A stretch of DNA of 64,000 nucleotides, taken from contig JBBQXC010000002.1 of assembly GCA_038210005.1 (NCBI GenBank), positions 24,911 to 88,910 of the forward strand, written 5' to 3'. A program made the position numbers and the translations under genes. The notes under the pieces are model-generated. The model was not told where the DNA came from. It was given only the letters and a program-made list of their open reading frames with translations, and made no database searches. Positions 59,145-64,000 of the stretch are shown one piece after another (position 1 is the first letter of the stretch; each line of letters begins with the position of its first letter). The stretch comes from Gemmatimonadales bacterium (GTDB taxonomy: Bacteria; Gemmatimonadota; Gemmatimonadetes; Gemmatimonadales; Gemmatimonadaceae).

Positions 59145-61109
59145 TCACGCGATGACATACGCCTCCATCGCGAAGTACTCGGCGAGACCGAGTTGGTCGA
59201 GTTGAGCCGAGGTGGCTTTGTTGCGCTGCTCGACACGCTGCCAGAATTCACGCGCATCCTGACCGGGGAACGGCGCGGAATCCTTCTGCGACTGATGCTT
59301 GAAGATCGCCTGGATCTTGATCGTCAATTCCTCCTGCGACAGCGGCACGAGCACCGTGGCTTCCGTGATCGGCCATTCCTGCCACGCACCGCGGTACAGC
59401 CACACCTGCGGGCGCGCCGGAGCGTTCGCGCCGCCGTACACCTCGAGCAGGGCACTGTCGATCGCTTCCTTGCACATGCGGTGCGTGCCGTGGGGATCCG
59501 ACAGGTCGCCCGCCACGAAGAGGATCTCCGGTTGCAACTCCCGCAGCAGATCGGCGACGATCGCCACGTCGGCCGGACCGATCGGGTCCTTGCGGACCTT
59601 GCCGGTCTGATAGAAGGGCAGGTTGAGAAAGCGCGCGTGTTCCCGCGCGAGTCCCATCACCTCGATACCGCTCACCGCTTCCGACTCGCGGATGATGCGC
59701 TTGATATCCTGCACTTCGGCGATGTCCACCTGACCCGGCTGCTTCGCCTCGAGAAAGGCGTGCACCGTGTCGGCCAGCGTGCGGACGGCGGTACCCTCGC
59801 CGATCCGCTCGTGATCGAGTCGCACCAGAAAATCCATGTAGCGACGGACATCGTGATCGAACACCGCGATGTTGCCGCTGGTCATGTACGCCACGGTCAC
59901 ATCGTTCTCGTTCTCGACGAACTTGCGGAGCATACCCCCCATCGAGATCACATCGTCGTCGGGGTGCGGTGAGAAACAGAGCGTCTTCATGCCCCGTGGC
60001 AGCTTGCTCTTTCCGCGGATCTTGGCGCCGAGCACGTTGAACACGAACCCGTTCACGGCACCCGATGAGCCATGACGCGCCACCAGCGACAACAGCGAGT
60101 TCTCGGCATAGTCGTGTTGCGTCAGCTTGAGGATTGCCTTCTGGCACCGACCCGCCAGCCACGTCACAGCGCGGACCGCGAGCGCGTCATCCCAGCGCAC
60201 TTCGTCGATCAGCCACGGCGTCGCCACGCGCGTCAGGTCGGCGGCCGCGGCGTCATCGACGTAGAACGTCGTGTTCGAGTGACGCTGGAGGAAAGTCGCC
60301 GCGACCGCACGATCGATCTCACCTTCCACCGAACGACGCACGACGCCCGCCTTGTGTTCTCCGGTCGCGAGAATCGCGATCTCACGCGCCTGCAGAATCG
60401 TCGCGATGCCCATCGTGATCGCTTCGCGCGGCACGTTGTCTTCGCCGAAGAAATCCGCGGCGGCGTCGCGTCGCGTGACGGAGTCGAGATGCACCACACG
60501 CGTCCGGCTGTGCTCACCGGAGCCCGGCTCGTTGAAGCCGATGTGGCCCGTCTTCCCGATACCAAGCAACTGGAAATCCACACCGCCGGCGGCCAGGATC
60601 GCCGCCTCATACCGTGCGCAGCCGTCATCGATCGAAGACCGATCCAGCGCGCCGTCCGGGATGTGCACGTTCGCGGCATCGATGTCGACGTGAGAGAACA
60701 GATTCTCCCACATGAACCGGTGATACGAGTGGATGCTGTCCGACGCCATCGGGTAGTACTCGTCCAGATTGAACGAGACCACGTGCCGGAAGCTGAGCCC
60801 CTCGTCACGGTGCAGGCGGATCAGCTCGCGATACACGCCGATCGGCGTCGAGCCGGTGGCCAGTCCCAGCACGATCGGCCGACCCGCCGCCGCACGCTCG
60901 CGCATCAGCGTCGCGATGCGTCCGGCCACGACCCTCGCCATCGCTTCGTGCTCGTCGATGATGATGGTGGGGATGCGCTCGCGCATCGCGCCGTTGATGT
61001 CGGGATGCACGAAAGTGGTGCCACCGACGCGCACAGGCCCGCCGCTCGACTCGAGCGTGCGGGCCTGCGAACCATCAATGGCCACCGGAGAACCGGAGGC
61101 CATGGTCAT
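59145..61109 (-). CDS. nagB: Glucosamine-6-phosphate deaminase fused to a C-terminal LmbE/PIG-L-like deacetylase domain (long-form NagB)
   Basis: The N-terminal ~260 aa are NagB-like (GLATGSTP, NLDEY, GIGKTGHIGFNEP). The C-terminal part has the LmbE motif FSPHPDDDVISMGG. 654 aa. Confidence 0.8.
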   Translation of the reverse strand: MTMASGSPVAIDGSQARTLESSGGPVRVGGTTFVHPDINGAMRERIPTIIIDEHEAMARVVAGRIATLMRERAAAGRPIVLGLATGSTPIGVYRELIRLHRDEGLSFRHVVSFNLDEYYPMASDSIHSYHRFMWENLFSHVDIDAANVHIPDGALDRSSIDDGCARYEAAILAAGGVDFQLLGIGKTGHIGFNEPGSGEHSRTRVVHLDSVTRRDAAADFFGEDNVPREAITMGIATILQAREIAILATGEHKAGVVRRSVEGEIDRAVAATFLQRHSNTTFYVDDAAAADLTRVATPWLIDEVRWDDALAVRAVTWLAGRCQKAILKLTQHDYAENSLLSLVARHGSSGAVNGFVFNVLGAKIRGKSKLPRGMKTLCFSPHPDDDVISMGGMLRKFVENENDVTVAYMTSGNIAVFDHDVRRYMDFLVRLDHERIGEGTAVRTLADTVHAFLEAKQPGQVDIAEVQDIKRIIRESEAVSGIEVMGLAREHARFLNLPFYQTGKVRKDPIGPADVAIVADLLRELQPEILFVAGDLSDPHGTHRMCKEAIDSALLEVYGGANAPARPQVWLYRGAWQEWPITEATVLVPLSQEELTIKIQAIFKHQSQKDSAPFPGQDAREFWQRVEQRNKATSAQLDQLGLAEYFAMEAYVIA

Positions 61110-61133
61110 GGGAAGAGGTGTCGACGCGTCGGC

Positions 61134-61490
61134 TCAGGCCGAGAAAGAGCTGCCGCAACCGCAACCGCCGGTTGATTGCGGATTCTTGAAGGTAAAGCCC
61201 GATCCCTGCATCGACGTGACGTAGTCGATCGTCGTGCCGCTGAGATACTGCGCCGAAAATGGATCGACGAACAGCTTGATTCCTTCGAGCTCGAAAATCG
61301 TGTCGTCTTCCGCGTTCTTGTCCTCGATCACCAAGCCGTACTTGAAGCCGCTGCATCCGCCCGGCATCACAGACACGCGAAGGCCACCCTGCTCGGGCGT
61401 TACACCCTCGGCTTCCATGAATTTGCGGACTTCCGTCGCGGCCATGGGCGTGAGAACCACCATGACATCCGGCTGCTGCATCGTGCTCAT
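61134..61490 (-). CDS. Iron-sulfur cluster insertion protein, HesB/IscA/ErpA family
   Basis: C-terminal CGCGSSF and an upstream CSGFKY, the typical Cys triad. GGAGG 6 nt upstream of the ATG at 61490. Confidence 0.8.
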   Translation of the reverse strand: MSTMQQPDVMVVLTPMAATEVRKFMEAEGVTPEQGGLRVSVMPGGCSGFKYGLVIEDKNAEDDTIFELEGIKLFVDPFSAQYLSGTTIDYVTSMQGSGFTFKNPQSTGGCGCGSSFSA

Positions 61491-61600
61491 TGCTGTCCTC
61501 CGAAGCGGCCGGCTGAGAGCCCGGCCTGATGGAGCGCGCCGCCCGCACCCGATCGCACCCGCGATCGGCAACCGGGACAGCGTCGCGTGTAGCTGAAAGA

Positions 61601-61629
61601 AGAATAACGAGTGAATCGCTCCCTTTCAA
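61601..61629 (-). promoter_or_regulatory. Candidate sigma70-like promoter for the iscA-nagB-SSS-kinase operon
   Basis: On the minus strand: -35 TTGAAA (61629-61624), a 17-nt spacer, then -10 TATTCT (61606-61601). It is about 110 nt upstream of the iscA ATG, in an AT-rich stretch. Confidence 0.35.
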
Positions 61630-61652
61630 GAAAGACCCACGTGAAACCGCGC

Positions 61653-62936
61653 TCATCGGCCGGTGGCACCGCGCAACGCACCCACCGCAGCATCCGCCAA
61701 AGCCGTCCGGACGCCGCTGATCTTGCGATTCTCGCGCGTCGGATTCACCCGGTTGGTCAACAGCAGCACGAAGACGCCCTGGGCGGGATCCATCCAGACC
61801 GACGTCCCGGTGAACCCGGTGTGCCCGAACGCGACCGGAGAGAGCCGACGGCCGGCCGAGTTGCCCCCGGTCGGCGTCTCCCATCCGAGCGCCCGGCGCG
61901 AGATGGTCGAGTCCTGCATCCGCGTAAACGTGGCGACCGCAGTCGAGTCGAATACCCGCACGCCATCCAGCGTTCCGTGACGCAAGTACATGCGGGCAAA
62001 GCGCGCCAGGTCCTGACCTGTTGAAAAGAGCCCTGCGTGTCCGGAGACCCCCCCGAGACGGACGGCATTCTCGTCGTGCACTTCACCCCGTACCTTCTTC
62101 TGGCGCCACGGGTCCTGCTCGGTGGGCGCAATACGCGGGAGCAAGGCCGCCGGCGGAAGGTAGCGCGTGGAGGTCATCCCGAGCGGCGAAAAGACATGCG
62201 CCGAGTCGTACGCCGCCAGCCGTTCGCCGCTCACGCGTTCGATCAGCTTCCCGAGCAGAATGAAGCCCAGATCGCTGTACACGTATCGCACGCCCGGCAA
62301 AGTATCCGGGGAGGTCGCGAACAACTGCTGCTCCGCTTCCTCGGGAGTGGCTGCCTCTTTGTACAACGCGCGCCACGCCGGCATGCCTGATGAATGCGAC
62401 AGTAAGTGACGCACGGTGATCCGTTCGGCCCCAGGCGCCTTCCAGGCCGGCAGGTAGCGCACGACGGGTGAGTCGAGCGCCACCCGCCCGGATCCCACCA
62501 GCTGAATCATGGCGCTCGTGGTGCCGATCACCTTGGTGAGTGAGGCAAGATCCCAGATCGTGGTCGCCGAGGGCCGGGTGCCGTCTGCCACGTCGAGTCG
62601 CCCCACGCCGTACTCGACGATGACGCCGTCGGCGGTACCGACGGCCGCGTAGGCGCCCGGAAAGGCACTGTCGGCGATTGCACGGGAGAGGATTGCCCGA
62701 ACACTGTCCCCGAGACGGAGCGCCTGCTCGCGCGCAATGCCGGGCACGGGCGGTAGGTCGCGCGAACCGCTCAGGGGCTTCGCGCACCCGATCAGCACGC
62801 TCGCCGTGGCGGCCAGCGCGAACATCGACCATGCACGACGCTTGAGAAAGACGCGATTCGGTGCGTTCGTGCAGGCAGCGCCGCAACCGGACTGGCCGGA
62901 GAGCGGAGCAGGACGGTAGGGATCCGGTCGGGTCAT
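61653..62936 (-). CDS. Beta-lactamase-fold serine hydrolase (class C / AmpH-like), probable lipoprotein
   Basis: SxxK motif ASLTK, a YSD (YxN-like) motif and an HTGFTG (KTG-like) motif. Possible lipobox LIGC. The start is ambiguous (62936 or 62825). Confidence 0.75.
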   Translation of the reverse strand: MTRPDPYRPAPLSGQSGCGAACTNAPNRVFLKRRAWSMFALAATASVLIGCAKPLSGSRDLPPVPGIAREQALRLGDSVRAILSRAIADSAFPGAYAAVGTADGVIVEYGVGRLDVADGTRPSATTIWDLASLTKVIGTTSAMIQLVGSGRVALDSPVVRYLPAWKAPGAERITVRHLLSHSSGMPAWRALYKEAATPEEAEQQLFATSPDTLPGVRYVYSDLGFILLGKLIERVSGERLAAYDSAHVFSPLGMTSTRYLPPAALLPRIAPTEQDPWRQKKVRGEVHDENAVRLGGVSGHAGLFSTGQDLARFARMYLRHGTLDGVRVFDSTAVATFTRMQDSTISRRALGWETPTGGNSAGRRLSPVAFGHTGFTGTSVWMDPAQGVFVLLLTNRVNPTRENRKISGVRTALADAAVGALRGATGR

Positions 62937-62999
62937 GTGTTCGCGGTAGGGCGGGACGCTGTGCGACCTGAGCGCAGCGGGATCTTCTGGAGGTTACGC

Positions 63000-64000
63000 G
63001 TGAAGGCCATCAAGACGCTGGTGCTACTCTCTGTGGTGTGTGTCGGGACGCTCGTCGCGGGATGCGCTGGCGGCGGTCGCCCCGACAGCGAACCGCTGTC
63101 CGATGAGGGTGCGGATGGAATGCCGATGGGGAACCGGAACCGCAAGGTCCGCCCCGGCATAACGGTGCTGCTGGACGATAGCATCAAGCTCATCGCCGGC
63201 AAGCGTGTCGCGCTTGTGACCAATCAGACGGGCGTGGATGAGAAGGGGCGTCGCTCCATCGATCTGCTCGCCACCGACCCGCGCGCGCGACGGGCCGGCG
63301 TGAAACTGGTGCGTCTGTTCGCCCCTGAACACGGCGCCACCGGTACCGCCGATCGACCGAATCTCAGTGACGAGAAGGACGTCAAGACGGGCTTGACGAT
63401 TCACTCGCTCTATCAGAGCCGCACGATTGCGCCACCCGACAGCCTGCTGACCGATGTCGATGTCCTGGTGGTCGATCTTCAGGATATCGGCACCCGCACT
63501 TGGACCTACGTCGGCGTCATGTTGTACTCGATGCAAGCCGGCGCGAAGCGCGGCATCCCCGTACTCGTGCTGGATCGGCCTAACCCGATCACCGGCGCCC
63601 GGGCCGAAGGGGCGCTCCTCGATTCCGCCCTCGCCAACAGTGACATGCCCGCCGCCGGGAATCGCACGAATGGCTTCGCCCTCTATCCGATGCCGCTTCG
63701 CCACGGCCTCACGATGGGAGAGATGGCACGACTGTTTCAGGCCCAGTTGAAACTCACGACTCGGCTCACCGTCGTGCCCATGAGGAACTGGCGCCGCGGC
63801 ATGTGGTTCGAGGAGACGTCGCTGCCATGGGTTCGGCCGTCGCCGAACATGCCGAATATCACCAGCGCGCTGCTCTACCCGGCGCTGGTGCCCTTCGAGT
63901 CGAGTAACCTGTCGGTCGGCCGTGGAACGGACGAGCCGTTTCAGCGCTTCGGGGCTTCCTGGCTCCGCGCCGATTCCGTCACCCGGATGCTCGAAGACCT
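63000..64000 (+). CDS. DUF1343 family protein (NamZ / YbbC-like exo-beta-N-acetylmuramidase family), 5' part; continues past the window end
   Basis: It is not in the ORF track because it has no stop in the window. I translated it by hand: a GTG start with GGAGG 6 nt upstream, lipoprotein signal LVLLSVVCVGTLVAGC, then DUF1343-like LVTNQTG, VVDLQDIGTRTWTY, LDRPNPITG. Confidence 0.65.
   Translation, partial: MKAIKTLVLLSVVCVGTLVAGCAGGGRPDSEPLSDEGADGMPMGNRNRKVRPGITVLLDDSIKLIAGKRVALVTNQTGVDEKGRRSIDLLATDPRARRAGVKLVRLFAPEHGATGTADRPNLSDEKDVKTGLTIHSLYQSRTIAPPDSLLTDVDVLVVDLQDIGTRTWTYVGVMLYSMQAGAKRGIPVLVLDRPNPITGARAEGALLDSALANSDMPAAGNRTNGFALYPMPLRHGLTMGEMARLFQAQLKLTTRLTVVPMRNWRRGMWFEETSLPWVRPSPNMPNITSALLYPALVPFESSNLSVGRGTDEPFQRFGASWLRADSVTRMLED

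Noticed and set aside
58059-61175. Long plus-strand ORFs (58059-59972 and 60072-61175)
   Set aside because: They lie antisense to the SSS transporter and the NagB/LmbE gene. The products are Arg/His/Asp-rich with no motifs.

Overview
This is a high-GC bacterial chromosomal window with about 56 protein-coding genes and one tRNA-Ala(UGC). I found no rRNA, CRISPR array, transposase, integrase or phage genes; it looks like core chromosome.

Most genes are tightly packed, with many 1-4 nt stop/start overlaps (ATGA, TGATG, GTGA). Almost every real gene has a long antisense ORF, which I treat as a GC artefact.

Modules in order:
(1) The 3' end of an aldehyde-dehydrogenase-like gene, an M3 oligoendopeptidase F, and a secreted protein.
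(2) A minus-strand cluster: NSS/SNF Na+-symporter, then a 57-aa one-TM ORF missing from the ORF track, then an 818-aa class II photolyase fused to a renalase-like FAD oxidoreductase domain.
(3) A DUF502 plus amidohydrolase pair, a secreted S9 peptidase coupled to an AIM24-family gene, and speA coupled to a Yip1-family membrane protein.
(4) Mn superoxide dismutase and DedA.
(5) A glycan-use locus: a cytoplasmic GH38 alpha-mannosidase, DppB/DppC-type permeases with no ATPase genes, and a divergent family-5 SBP coupled to a 947-aa heparinase II/III-like protein.
(6) A coupled TrmJ-like methyltransferase, HemL-like aminotransferase and two Amidohydro_2 paralogs.
(7) A complete Alternative Complex III operon actABCDEF with no adjacent oxidase, then tRNA-Ala.
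(8) A secreted cyanophycinase-like S51 peptidase, an NfeD/flotillin pair, a REC-GGDEF-EAL protein and a peroxiredoxin.
(9) Two two-component systems (PAS kinase with a sigma54 activator; OmpR regulator with a kinase).
(10) tonB-exbB-exbD-exbD-tonB, then APC and DAACS transporters.
(11) An amino-sugar/peptidoglycan recycling locus: BadF-type (MurK/NagK-like) kinase, SSS transporter, a NagB/LmbE-fusion deaminase, IscA, a class-C beta-lactamase-fold hydrolase and a DUF1343 (NamZ-like) gene cut by the window end.

The two most unusual items are the photolyase-renalase fusion and the small ORF coupled to the SNF transporter. I did not find a single clear-cut novel system and say so in the findings.
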